A DNA stretch of 64,000 nt from Escherichia phage inny. The stretch is from sequence record MN850601.1. One strand, 5' to 3'. Shown in pieces: positions 1 through 9,828 of this stretch. A program made the translations under genes and the position numbers. The notes beneath the pieces are model-generated. The model made no database searches, was not told the DNA's origin, and worked only from the letters and a program-made list of their open reading frames with translations. Each line of letters begins with the position of its first letter. Positions within the stretch are counted from its first letter, which is position 1.

Positions 1-568
1 CATCTCCTTCGTTGGTGTGTATATTAATAAGGTCACAAAACAAAGTCAAGTGTTTTTGTGTTGGATGAAAACGATCTGCTCCTTGATAGATAGGATACTC
101 AAACACACCCTTATGGTAGGAAGCATTGAAGGTTGGCTTCGAACCTTTAACACAAACAATAGCCATCTCTTTAGCGTTACTAAGATAGTTAACACCACTG
201 TTGATGGGTACAGGGTTTGTTTTAATCCATTCGATAGTACGGAACATACGAAAACCAAGCGGTTCAAGGATTTCACGTAGCTCCTGGATCTTCCAGATAT
301 CATACCAAACTATGCAAGTACCACCTTTTCTAAGCACCCTGTAGGCTTCTTTGAATACTTCTTTAAAATAAGGAATATCTACAACATCCCAATCACCGAA
401 GTTGTAAGATACACGGAATCTATCCGTATCTTTTCCAGTAGGCTCTCCAGACTGAAAATTTGTGTCACGAGAAATAGCATATGGTGGGTCAGTAAGAATC
501 AAATCTACACTATTGCTTTCGAGGGTTTGCAGGTAGTTTAATGCAGTGTTGTTTACAAATTCGCTCAT
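1..568 (-). CDS. DNA methyltransferase, beta-class (N6-adenine/N4-cytosine type), partial; 3' end lies beyond window start
   Basis: Truncated by window edge so absent from ORF track; minus-strand ATG at 568 preceded by GAAGGAG; translation MSEFVNNTALNYLQTLESNSVDLILTDPPYAISRD... has DPPY motif near N-terminus, uninterrupted to position 1. Confidence 0.75.
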   Translation of the reverse strand, partial: MSEFVNNTALNYLQTLESNSVDLILTDPPYAISRDTNFQSGEPTGKDTDRFRVSYNFGDWDVVDIPYFKEVFKEAYRVLRKGGTCIVWYDIWKIQELREILEPLGFRMFRTIEWIKTNPVPINSGVNYLSNAKEMAIVCVKGSKPTFNASYHKGVFEYPIYQGADRFHPTQKHLTLFCDLINIHTNEGD

Positions 569-628
569 TATATCTCCTTCAAAGAAAAGGAGCCGTTAGG
601 CTCCTTATATTCACACAATACTTAACTA

Positions 629-1576
629 TTAGAAACAGTGCAGGAAGTTTCGACCATACTGCAAACCAATAGGAGCAAATGGGATATCATCATCGAAATC
701 TTGAACAACAGGTTCTGGTTCTTTCGGTGCTGGTTCTTTCTTCTCTACTTTTTTAGTTTCTTTCTTAACTTCTTGTACTGGGGTAGACATTCCACGGATA
801 GCAGCAGCTACTTTATCAGACAAAGCAAGAACTTCACGAGCAGCTTCAATAATCTCTTCTGCCGTTACAGTTTTACCTGTATGATCACGACAAGCGTTAA
901 GAATTGCGTGTCCAACTGAAGCACCAAGATCATAGTCAGTCACATCAACGCCACGATCTTTAGCAATTTCTGCTTTCAGAGTAACAGTTGCAGATTGTAC
1001 CACACCAGCCAAGTCGAAAGCATCACCTTTCACACCAGCACGTAGAAGCTCCAGAGCGCCGTTTACAGCGTGTCCTGTTTCAATCCCTACGGTATCACGT
1101 TTTTTGTAGTTAGGCTTGCTACCTTCGTTATTAGATGGCTTATTTCCACCTTTTGAAGAAGATTGTGCTTGCTGAACACCTTCTGTTGAAAGAATAGTGA
1201 TTTTACCTTTAGAGGAATTGTAGTATGTTTTGCCATTCCATTCAGAAGGTTTAACATCCATAGTTAGTTCTACACCTTTTTCGATAGTAACCCACTTATC
1301 ACCATCTTTAACTTGCAGGTTTTCATGTTCTGGGTGCAGTTTAACTTCACCTAGGCTAACCCAAACACCTTTATCATCAGCACCAGCACCTTTCTCTTTA
1401 ATAAGCAGGGATGCTTTGTGAGTTGATTCAATTTTCTTATCTGGTTGACCTGCAACCTTAATATAAGAGACTTTCATTTCATCAAACTTATCCAGTTTGA
1501 CATATTCAACGATACCTTCAGCCCAGAATGCTTCTTTTTTAGTACGACGGTCGATTTCAGAATTAATTACTGGCAT
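629..1576 (-). CDS. ssDNA-binding protein-like
   Basis: 315 aa; C-terminal region ...EPVVQDFDDDIPF matches E. coli SSB acidic tail motif (here followed by 15 more residues); Gly/Ser/Asn-rich linker. Confidence 0.45.
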   Translation of the reverse strand: MPVINSEIDRRTKKEAFWAEGIVEYVKLDKFDEMKVSYIKVAGQPDKKIESTHKASLLIKEKGAGADDKGVWVSLGEVKLHPEHENLQVKDGDKWVTIEKGVELTMDVKPSEWNGKTYYNSSKGKITILSTEGVQQAQSSSKGGNKPSNNEGSKPNYKKRDTVGIETGHAVNGALELLRAGVKGDAFDLAGVVQSATVTLKAEIAKDRGVDVTDYDLGASVGHAILNACRDHTGKTVTAEEIIEAAREVLALSDKVAAAIRGMSTPVQEVKKETKKVEKKEPAPKEPEPVVQDFDDDIPFAPIGLQYGRNFLHCF

Positions 1577-1592
1577 AAATTCTCCTCTATAA

Positions 1593-1991
1593 TTACATTA
1601 CTTTAACACAAAACTCTCGTAAAAGAGTAGCGTCAGTTTCTTCCAACAGGTATTTACCAAGACCAATACCAAATCCTATTTCACCACTTTCGAAATGGAG
1701 GATTTGTATCTTTTCTCCACCAAGATTAATTACTTTTGCTTTTCCAGGATTATCCAAAACATCTCGTATTGTATCCTGTAGTAACATAAGCTCACGTTTT
1801 GTGATAGTGGTTTCAGATATCTCTTTGTTTTCTACTCTCACTGTTAAACGATTGTATCCACCAAAGAGACATAGTATTTGAATAAAAAAGGTATTATCTT
1901 GAGGTTCAACATCTTTTTTGGTTAGCTCAAGACGATTAGTTTCTCTACTGTAGAACGTCTCGACTAAGATTTTAGAACGATTATCTGTCAT
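1593..1991 (-). CDS. hypothetical protein
   Basis: 132 aa ORF, co-directional with leftward block. Confidence 0.5.
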   Translation of the reverse strand: MTDNRSKILVETFYSRETNRLELTKKDVEPQDNTFFIQILCLFGGYNRLTVRVENKEISETTITKRELMLLQDTIRDVLDNPGKAKVINLGGEKIQILHFESGEIGFGIGLGKYLLEETDATLLREFCVKVM

Positions 1992-2034
1992 TCAAGTCCT
2001 CATAATAACACATAATTATAATGTTTGTCAACAC

Positions 2035-2628
2035 TTAAATTTTAAATTCTTCATTGTTAAATGAATCCAGTGTACGTACTTCTGGTTCTTTGGGAATGAA
2101 AACGTCTTTTACAAAACGGAACATAGGGAAACGTTCTGCCATTTTACGGACGTGTGCTTCTTTACCCGTGTATCGGTGATTAATAGTACAAATATTAGTT
2201 TTCAGTGCAAATTCAAAATCTGGATGATATACGTAATTTTGACCATCCCAGTAACACAAGCAAATAGCTACATCAAAGTTCCATACGATTTCACTGCGTA
2301 CACCTTCTTCCATGATCATAAAGTTAAACTTAAGATCTTTATAGTATGCTTCAAATACCCATTTCAAATGTGGTAGTTCGGCATAAGTGTGTTCTGTTTG
2401 CTTAGTAAGTTGTTTAACATTACGTGCACCAACACCCAACATCAAAAATTTCTCTACTAGTACGAGTGTATTGTGGTTAGGCATACGCAAGTAAATATCA
2501 ATATCTTGCGCAGGTTTCTCTAATCGCCAGTCACGTACAGCGCCGCCAGCTACAATTGCAAACGGATCTACCAGTTGGCACATACGTAATACTTCTAAAG
2601 CTCGTACTTTTTGATCTTCAATATTCAT
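2035..2628 (-). CDS. nucleotidyltransferase (Pol-beta superfamily; CCA-adding-enzyme head-like)
   Basis: 197 aa; motif IVAGGAVRDWRLEKPAQDIDIY (GGxVRD...DxD). Confidence 0.6.
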   Translation of the reverse strand: MNIEDQKVRALEVLRMCQLVDPFAIVAGGAVRDWRLEKPAQDIDIYLRMPNHNTLVLVEKFLMLGVGARNVKQLTKQTEHTYAELPHLKWVFEAYYKDLKFNFMIMEEGVRSEIVWNFDVAICLCYWDGQNYVYHPDFEFALKTNICTINHRYTGKEAHVRKMAERFPMFRFVKDVFIPKEPEVRTLDSFNNEEFKI

Positions 2629-2767
2629 ATTTTCTCCTATCTCTTATGGTCTTTGCGTTATTCTAGATGTTCAAACATCTAATTATGAAATGGTTTAAAA
2701 GTGCGGAACAACCTTGGCAATCACAGATTGTTCCACATAAAAACTCCTTATAAAACAATATGTTAGA

Positions 2768-5347
2768 CTAGTGACAAGACGCCCATGAGTTACCAACATC
2801 GTAACCAGCAGTGAGAGGTACATTAAGATTGTAATACTCACCAGCTTTATTAACAGCGATAGATGCTAATTCTCCAGCACGACTGTAGGCTGTAAACCAA
2901 CCACCTTTCGGAGATTCATGTACGTTAGCCCAAATCTTGCCAGTACGTTTCTCTTCCTCTTCTTTCCAGGCATTAACCTTATCCAAACATTCTTTATCAA
3001 TTTTCTTTTGTTCTTCTGGATCATCAACTTGAGTCCAACCTAAAGATTCTTTAGAAAACCATTTAAAATGCACCAGATCACGAGTTACTTCAAGCTGTGC
3101 TTCATCGTGATATGCAATCATTTGTTGAACGAATGACTTATTTTTCCAGTCATCAACAAAAAAGTCAACAGCTAATCCTTCTTCTTCGATAAGATCGTCG
3201 TAGATAACCATTGCTCTTTTTGCACAAATAACACCACCACTCTGGAACAGAGAGTTAAGTATTGCGTGTGCAGATCGTGTAGGTACTTTTCTACCATCAA
3301 TACCAAGAATGTATTTCTTACCTGTTTTAACCCAAAAATCATGCAGACGTTCTTTAAGAAGCGCAAGAGGTTTTGCAGCTTCCCAGAAAGCATCGTATAC
3401 AAGTTGTCCTGTATACATATCACTACCTATAGTTTTTGCTACTTTTGCAGCTTGAGCACCATAAGTAATACCATACTTAACAGATTTAGCAGGGCTTCGT
3501 TCAAACTTACGACCAATAGTGTCAGAAATACGTCGAGCCATCATTGTATGAACATCATTAGGTTTTTCCAATAATAGAGCATTACAATATTCGTGTGGTT
3601 CCTGCTCGTACCGCCAACAGTAGTGTGATTCTATTTTTGCCTCAAGAGAATCAAAGTCATAACCAATTTGGAAGTATTTTGGAACTTCTACACCAAATAA
3701 GTTACGCATTTCATATCCGTACAGAGATGTTACACGTGGGATATTTGCTACTAACCTATGTTTCATACGAGACGTAGCTGCATCACACGTTGCAGCAGGG
3801 GTTGGTATACGACCATCAGCCCTTACTGCCGCCAGATAACCTTTATCGTAATCCTCTTCATCTTCTTCCCAATCAGCACCACCACCTAGGATAGAGTTTC
3901 TACGATGTTTATACGTAAGATATTGCACAATCTGCGTAGCATAAGGAAACTTTTCACCCAGTGCTTCCAAGTTAGGACAAATATCTTTCTCTTGCCCTTT
4001 TGTAAAGGAAGGGTTAGTAAGCACTTTAACACCACGACCTTTAGCTTTAGCAATACGATCTCTTAGTTTCCATTCCAAAGTTTCTGGTGTGCACTCCAGA
4101 TGATCACATCTGTCCTGGCAGAAGTTAGATGCTAATGTTTGATCAACATAGTCACGAATAGCTTTCTCCATTTGTGCTTCATCTTTCTTAATCTTAGTGC
4201 CAGATTTAAGAGTGATATCTTTATCTTTATATTCAGATGGACTCCAACCTAAACCAACTAACCAGTTTTTAATATGTGTAGTGTCGTCTAAAGTAGCAGG
4301 TACTGTAGGATCACAAATAGGTTCTTCTGCTGGAATAGGGAGTTTAAACTCTTTACCTAATGCAAATAGCCACCAACCATCTTCTTTTTGTACAAGTTCA
4401 CCAGAATGTTTCTCTGCAAACTTTATCATGTTACTTGAAGGTTCACCATTCTTTTTAAACTGTAGTTTAGGTGGAATGAATGATTTCAAATAACCTTTAG
4501 TAGCAGGTTTAGGAGGTAACACAGGTTCTGCCTCTAAACGACATGCTTCCATTCGAGCATCCAGATCACGAATATTATCTTCTGCTTGTTTCATATTGAA
4601 AGCAAAGCCACGGTGCTCTTGACGTGTAATAATATCAGCTACACGTTGTTCTAAGTTAAAGGGTTCAGACCATTTATTATAATCACCCCACTCTTCCATC
4701 AAATAACGGAATACTGCGGTGTTAGCTTTGTTATCGTAAATACAGTAATACAGCATATCTGCTGCAAATGTTTTAAATCTTTCAGTTTCAGGAATGTTTT
4801 TTCTAAAATCAATTTTAACATCCCCTCCAGCTTTCTTAGATAACTCTGCCAGACTATGACCACCGAAGCGATCAGGGTTTAGTGTCTTACTTAAGATCAT
4901 AGTATCACAAATTTCAATGTTACTATTACCCCAAGTATTGTACTTAATACTGTAGTTGAGTTTAAAAAATAATTTAATTGCCAGTAAGTCAAAGTTAATG
5001 ATGTTATGTCCAACTACTTTGGTAATTTTATAGTTTGAATTACCTTTAAATTTACCTGTTCCATTTACAAAATCAGGAAAATCTTTAAGAGGGAAATGGG
5101 TATATTCTAAATGCTCATATTCCTCCAGTCGGTATTCATACTTTCCGTCAGTCTCAACATACGGACGACCATCGAAAAGATATTTATCACCATCATGGAA
5201 AGCAATAATCTCTCCAGTATCATGACTTTCGCACACAATACAGTGCATTGCAAAACTATCTTTTAAACGATATGGACTTGCCAAGTAATCTACACTTTCG
5301 TCATTAAGCAAGTTGTTACTTTCAATGTCGAAAGTAAAAGCTCCCAT
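2768..5347 (-). CDS. DNA polymerase, family A, with 3'-5' exonuclease domain
   Basis: 859 aa; exo motif FTFDIESNN at N-terminus; motif A-like GYDFDSLEAK, motif B RSPAKSVKYGITYG, motif C AYHDEAQ. Confidence 0.9.
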   Translation of the reverse strand: MGAFTFDIESNNLLNDESVDYLASPYRLKDSFAMHCIVCESHDTGEIIAFHDGDKYLFDGRPYVETDGKYEYRLEEYEHLEYTHFPLKDFPDFVNGTGKFKGNSNYKITKVVGHNIINFDLLAIKLFFKLNYSIKYNTWGNSNIEICDTMILSKTLNPDRFGGHSLAELSKKAGGDVKIDFRKNIPETERFKTFAADMLYYCIYDNKANTAVFRYLMEEWGDYNKWSEPFNLEQRVADIITRQEHRGFAFNMKQAEDNIRDLDARMEACRLEAEPVLPPKPATKGYLKSFIPPKLQFKKNGEPSSNMIKFAEKHSGELVQKEDGWWLFALGKEFKLPIPAEEPICDPTVPATLDDTTHIKNWLVGLGWSPSEYKDKDITLKSGTKIKKDEAQMEKAIRDYVDQTLASNFCQDRCDHLECTPETLEWKLRDRIAKAKGRGVKVLTNPSFTKGQEKDICPNLEALGEKFPYATQIVQYLTYKHRRNSILGGGADWEEDEEDYDKGYLAAVRADGRIPTPAATCDAATSRMKHRLVANIPRVTSLYGYEMRNLFGVEVPKYFQIGYDFDSLEAKIESHYCWRYEQEPHEYCNALLLEKPNDVHTMMARRISDTIGRKFERSPAKSVKYGITYGAQAAKVAKTIGSDMYTGQLVYDAFWEAAKPLALLKERLHDFWVKTGKKYILGIDGRKVPTRSAHAILNSLFQSGGVICAKRAMVIYDDLIEEEGLAVDFFVDDWKNKSFVQQMIAYHDEAQLEVTRDLVHFKWFSKESLGWTQVDDPEEQKKIDKECLDKVNAWKEEEEKRTGKIWANVHESPKGGWFTAYSRAGELASIAVNKAGEYYNLNVPLTAGYDVGNSWASCH

Positions 5348-5410
5348 TCTCCCTCCTTAAAATATTTCTAAAGTCTTAATTTGTTAATACTGTACCACAA
5401 ATTAATTGTT

Positions 5411-5437
5411 TTGTAAAGGGGCTTTCGCCCCTTCTTG
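5411..5437. terminator. GC hairpin (GGGGC-TTTC-GCCCC) just downstream of leftward gene; possible terminator
   Basis: Perfect 5-bp GC stem with 4-nt loop flanked by T-rich sequence, 6 nt after stop of 5438..5833. Confidence 0.35.
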
Positions 5438-5833
5438 TTATTTATTGTCAGCACTTAGTTGTACTTTAATAAGGCAATTAGGGACACCATTGGTATTTCT
5501 CAAGCCTACACGTTCAATTTTAACAGTGCCTGTCAAACCATTAAAAGTGGAAACAATGTTATTAATGTTTTCATCCTTACTAGTGATATCAAGAATAACT
5601 TTATCACTAACATTTTTCAACATACGATCTACAAGCTCTCCCACAAAACCACTGGTAGTTTGAATGAGAAGGTATAGACAACCATCTTCAAACCACAAAT
5701 GTTCACCATAAGCATAACCGTATGGTTCTAATTCTGATCCGTCTTGAAATTTAAACTTAGCAATAGTTTTCGTATAATCATACGCTAAAGCAGAAGGGCA
5801 TACCCCATAGAGGATATTTTCGTTGTCTTTCAT
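5438..5833 (-). CDS. hypothetical protein
   Basis: Track ORF 5438..5962 trimmed to internal ATG (MKDNENILYG...) preceded by AAGGAG, avoiding 119-nt overlap with upstream gene; 131 aa. Confidence 0.5.
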   Translation of the reverse strand: MKDNENILYGVCPSALAYDYTKTIAKFKFQDGSELEPYGYAYGEHLWFEDGCLYLLIQTTSGFVGELVDRMLKNVSDKVILDITSKDENINNIVSTFNGLTGTVKIERVGLRNTNGVPNCLIKVQLSADNK

Positions 5834-5843
5834 ATTTTTCTCC

Positions 5844-7616
5844 TTAATAAGAACCAGCAGAAATATTTTCTGGGTTACTTGTGTATTGATCGTAATCGTG
5901 AAGTGTAGCTGTTTTAATCTCATAAAAGAAACTACCTGCTGCACCAGTCTCTGAAAACTCACGGTTCTTTAGAATGTAGCAATATGTGCGGTTACGTTCC
6001 ATAGGATCTTCAGCTTGTTTATCACGCTCCAGCGCAATTGTGATACCAGCACCTTTAGCAAGGAAGCTACTACCCATTGCATCATCTTCTACAATATGTT
6101 CATTACTATTGTTAGAAGACTTTTTAACGTGTGAAATTACAACAATGGTTATTGCGTACTCTTTCATAATGCGTTTCAGCCACGTCGCAAGTTCCTCTTG
6201 TTGTGACACGTCCATACCAGAAAGCAAGTCAGAATAAGGGTCGATAACAAGAATGGTTACTCCGAAATAAATAATCATTTCCAGAACCTTCTCTTTAATC
6301 ACATCTACGTTAGCTCCACGATCATCACAAACATAGAAACGTGGTGTTCCATCTTCTCGTTCGTAAAAATCACGAATCTTTTCTTCATTATCTTTTAAAA
6401 TCTTTTCCTTCTCTTCTTTCGTTTTACGGTGAAGAGGGATATGCAAGAATGAAGACAGTAAGTTACGAGAATACTTCTTATACGTTGCCTCCAAAGATAA
6501 AATACCAAGAGTATGTTCTGGGTGTGCAAGAATAATGTGTTTCGTAATCTCGTTAACCAACAGTGTCTTACCGATACTTGTTTTTGCAAGTATAACAGTA
6601 ATTTCTTCTTCTACCAAGCCTCCACCTAACATATTTGAAGCAACACGCATGAATGGAGGAAGGGTGATCATTTTAGCTTCCAGGCATTCCAAGGCTGCTT
6701 CATACAGTACGTTAGAAGCGTAAACACCAGCAGGTGTGTACAGTTTAGCTTTGAAAAAGCGATCAATAAAATGATCAATTTTTCCTTCTACTAGTGCCTG
6801 GTTAGGATCTTTAACATCAGTTAGTTCCATCACGTAAACTTTATTACGTGGTAAGATTTTAACACATTTCTCAACTGCTGCACGTCCAGCTTCATCATTA
6901 TCCATACATAGAACAATCTTTTTAAATTGGTCTAAGAATTTATAACGATGTTGAAGCTGCTTATGCAGAGATGTTTCGCCACAAGTACCAGATACTACAG
7001 CAGGAACAGGATATTTACCACCCTTGTTATAATCTTTTAGCATCTGTGTTGCAGCCAGCATATCGTGTTCACCACCAACGATTAGAATAGTACCGCTGTG
7101 GTTACGATATTTAAACTCCCCAAAAAGATCACAATCCTTTCCTGTTTCACCGATAGGATGTGAGAAATCTTTTGGATCGATACGTTGTTTATACCCAGCA
7201 ATATTGTAATCTTTAGTTGTAGGGTATAGTGTTGAAATTACTTCGCCAGTAGCTTCATCGTACATATAACGTACACCGAAAGGCTTAGAGATATCTTCAC
7301 GAATACCGCGATAACCTTTTGGATTAGTTCCAGTGCTGGCTTTTAGTTTATCATGTACTTCTGGATTAAACTCACTACCCAAGATATCCTCCTCTTCAAT
7401 TTCTTCGCCGTGTGCATTTAACCATTTTTGATCAGGGATAGTAAAGCCACAAGAAAAACAATGTGCGCCTCGATGGTCTTCATCGGCATCTAAGCCATAT
7501 ACCATCAAATTGTTTTGTGATCGATCACGCCCTCCTTTCATACAACGAGGACACCCAGTATGTCCTTCTTGACTCAGATCAATGTTATACCCATATTTAT
7601 TTACAACATAAGACAC
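5844..7616 (-). CDS. DNA primase-helicase (T7 gp4-like, DnaG-type primase fused to DnaB-type helicase)
   Basis: 590 aa; N-terminal zinc finger CPRCMKGG...CFSCGF; TOPRIM-like VLCMDNDEAGR; helicase Walker A LAKTSIGKT. Confidence 0.9.
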   Translation of the reverse strand: MSYVVNKYGYNIDLSQEGHTGCPRCMKGGRDRSQNNLMVYGLDADEDHRGAHCFSCGFTIPDQKWLNAHGEEIEEEDILGSEFNPEVHDKLKASTGTNPKGYRGIREDISKPFGVRYMYDEATGEVISTLYPTTKDYNIAGYKQRIDPKDFSHPIGETGKDCDLFGEFKYRNHSGTILIVGGEHDMLAATQMLKDYNKGGKYPVPAVVSGTCGETSLHKQLQHRYKFLDQFKKIVLCMDNDEAGRAAVEKCVKILPRNKVYVMELTDVKDPNQALVEGKIDHFIDRFFKAKLYTPAGVYASNVLYEAALECLEAKMITLPPFMRVASNMLGGGLVEEEITVILAKTSIGKTLLVNEITKHIILAHPEHTLGILSLEATYKKYSRNLLSSFLHIPLHRKTKEEKEKILKDNEEKIRDFYEREDGTPRFYVCDDRGANVDVIKEKVLEMIIYFGVTILVIDPYSDLLSGMDVSQQEELATWLKRIMKEYAITIVVISHVKKSSNNSNEHIVEDDAMGSSFLAKGAGITIALERDKQAEDPMERNRTYCYILKNREFSETGAAGSFFYEIKTATLHDYDQYTSNPENISAGSY

Positions 7617-7628
7617 AGGATTCTCCTA

Positions 7629-7898
7629 CTAAAATGATTCGTTTGTCTCCATAATATATTGCATTTCCAAATCTTCCATATGTTTCTTAAATTGGTAAAC
7701 AATTTCCGATGGGGAAATATCTATATCAAAAAGTTCTTTTGTACCAGAATAAAATCTAATACCATCAACAATAAGACCACCATAATAATCCCAATCACTT
7801 TCTCGTGAGAAAGGGTTAGGTTCTTCATAATAGTAATCTACTTCAACAATAATAGGTTCTTTATTATCTTGTTTATACTCAAAATCAAAAGTGTTCAT
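7629..7898 (-). CDS. hypothetical protein
   Basis: 89 aa ORF in leftward block. Confidence 0.5.
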   Translation of the reverse strand: MNTFDFEYKQDNKEPIIVEVDYYYEEPNPFSRESDWDYYGGLIVDGIRFYSGTKELFDIDISPSEIVYQFKKHMEDLEMQYIMETNESF

Positions 7899-8842
7899 TA
7901 TAAATCCTCGATAAGCAGTCTGCGGGTTTCATTTAAATCATCAATATTGTAGTTATCTCTTACATACTTAGCAAGAGCCAATCCCTTCTCAATACAAACA
8001 TCAGGAGATTCGATTAAGTATTCTACAATATCTTTCCACTCTTTAACTGAATCAGCAAAGAAGATTAGATCTTTAAATTCTTCAGTATAATAGTTCTCTC
8101 GTGGTGAACAAACGAGTGGCAAACCTTTAGCACCAGCTTCAAGAATTTTTAAATTACTTTTGGCATTATTAAAATGATTATTTACTAATGGAGCTATGGA
8201 GATTTGATGACCATCGTATGCTTCCATATAACACTCATAAGGACGAATACCTTCATAAACACAATCTGGTTGAATATCTTCTTTAATTTGCAACCATTGA
8301 GCACTACTTAACTCTTCGTGATCTCTACGAAATCCACATAAAGTTAAATCTTTACCAAAACCAGGAAGAATTGCTAAATCATGTTTATGTGTTTCACTTC
8401 CCGCCCAAACTAGTGGACTTTTAGAATAACGGTCTTTCGTAAGAACAAACTGTCCTTCATCAAAAGGTAATCCGTTAGGCACAATATGTACATTATCATT
8501 GTATTGGCTTAATTCAACCTTTAATGCCGGAGTTGTTGTAGTTACAAGATCGCTTCTTTCAAGGAACCATTTTAGGTCATCTCGGATTTGATTTTCAAAT
8601 AGTCCTTCAAGCATATGCCCTTCAGGAATAATTAAAGAATCATCCAGATCCATTACCAATTTAAACCCAAGTTGTTTAAGAGCCAGGAAACCTGGCTTTC
8701 CACGTGTTGGTACTCCATTGAACACAAAAATATTATGCTTAGGATTAATTGTCAGTTTGCGTTTATATGGCAAAATGATTCTATGAAAATCACATATACT
8801 ATACTTTTCATTTCCGCGTGTGTCAAGAATAATATTAGGCAT
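7898..8842 (-). CDS. glycosyltransferase (GT-B fold-like)
   Basis: 314 aa; C-terminal KILEAGAKGLPLVCSP resembles GT-B donor-binding motif; paralog of next gene. Confidence 0.55.
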   Translation of the reverse strand: MPNIILDTRGNEKYSICDFHRIILPYKRKLTINPKHNIFVFNGVPTRGKPGFLALKQLGFKLVMDLDDSLIIPEGHMLEGLFENQIRDDLKWFLERSDLVTTTTPALKVELSQYNDNVHIVPNGLPFDEGQFVLTKDRYSKSPLVWAGSETHKHDLAILPGFGKDLTLCGFRRDHEELSSAQWLQIKEDIQPDCVYEGIRPYECYMEAYDGHQISIAPLVNNHFNNAKSNLKILEAGAKGLPLVCSPRENYYTEEFKDLIFFADSVKEWKDIVEYLIESPDVCIEKGLALAKYVRDNYNIDDLNETRRLLIEDL

Positions 8843-8853
8843 ATATCTCCTTG

Positions 8854-9828
8854 TTAAAGACTTTCAATAACTTGACGACGCAGTTCATTGGCATCTGCAA
8901 GATTATAATTAAGACGAACGTGTTCTGCAAGCATCATACCACGATCTTCTGTGTATCTAGGGTTCCTCATTAGCTTGACAACTTCATAATGCCAAGATGC
9001 TTTAGAGTCTGCATAGATAACAGCCTTTGCATCTACCGGATTGAAGTACGGCAGCACAGGAGAACAGATAATAGGAAGACCCTTTGCACCTGCTTCCAAA
9101 ATCTTCAAATTGCTTTTACAGTTGTTGAAGTCATTATCTACCAGGGGAGCAATTGCAATACTGTGACCGTCATACACAGACATATACTCACCTAAATTTT
9201 TAATAGCTGGTTTATACTGTGCATTTGGAATCTTACGTTTTATTTTAACCCACTCCGCAGTAGTTAGATACTGACTATTATTTCCAACAGGTGCAGAAGG
9301 ATACACTTCATACCCTGCAATTGTCAATAGTGTATCATCAAATGTATTAGCTACAAGAGATAAATCAGGTTCGTGGCTTGCTCCTCCAGCCCAGATAATA
9401 GGCGTGTCAGAATTACGGTCTTTTGTCAAAGTAAATTGACCTTCGTCGTAAGGTAGTGCGTTTCTAATAACGACAACATTACGATTTAAATGACGAATTT
9501 TGTAAGCTAGGTATTCTGTTGTTACAGTAACAACATCTGCTAACTTGACCATCTCTACAATAGTCTTTGAGTGATTAGTAAATACGCCAGCCATATAATG
9601 TTCAGGATTAAGTGAATAAAAATCATCTAAATCAACAATAATCTTAACACCTTGTGCCTTCAGGCGTTTAACCTCGTCTGCTCCACGAGAATACACTCTA
9701 TTAAAAACTAAAACGTCTTTCTTAGGTTTAAACGTATTTCCAGCAAATGGCATTACAATACGATGGTAATCACAACCACTGCCTAACTTATTATCACACT
9801 TAAGTACAGGAGTATTAGGATTTACCAT
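8854..9828 (-). CDS. glycosyltransferase (GT-B fold-like), paralog
   Basis: Track ORF 8854..9867 trimmed to ATG (MVNPNTP...) with GAGGAGG SD; shares FNRV/FNGV, DLDD and KILEAGAKGLP segments with 7898..8842. Confidence 0.55.
   Translation of the reverse strand: MVNPNTPVLKCDNKLGSGCDYHRIVMPFAGNTFKPKKDVLVFNRVYSRGADEVKRLKAQGVKIIVDLDDFYSLNPEHYMAGVFTNHSKTIVEMVKLADVVTVTTEYLAYKIRHLNRNVVVIRNALPYDEGQFTLTKDRNSDTPIIWAGGASHEPDLSLVANTFDDTLLTIAGYEVYPSAPVGNNSQYLTTAEWVKIKRKIPNAQYKPAIKNLGEYMSVYDGHSIAIAPLVDNDFNNCKSNLKILEAGAKGLPIICSPVLPYFNPVDAKAVIYADSKASWHYEVVKLMRNPRYTEDRGMMLAEHVRLNYNLADANELRRQVIESL

Noticed and set aside
638-919. Plus-strand ORFs embedded in the leftward block (for example 638..919, 2152..2376, 3266..3574, 6341..6535, 12546..12806, 13306..13800, 23620..23895, 29775..30089)
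   Set aside because: Antisense to longer ORFs that have recognisable domains or consistent operon structure; no SD sequences; compositionally atypical translations.
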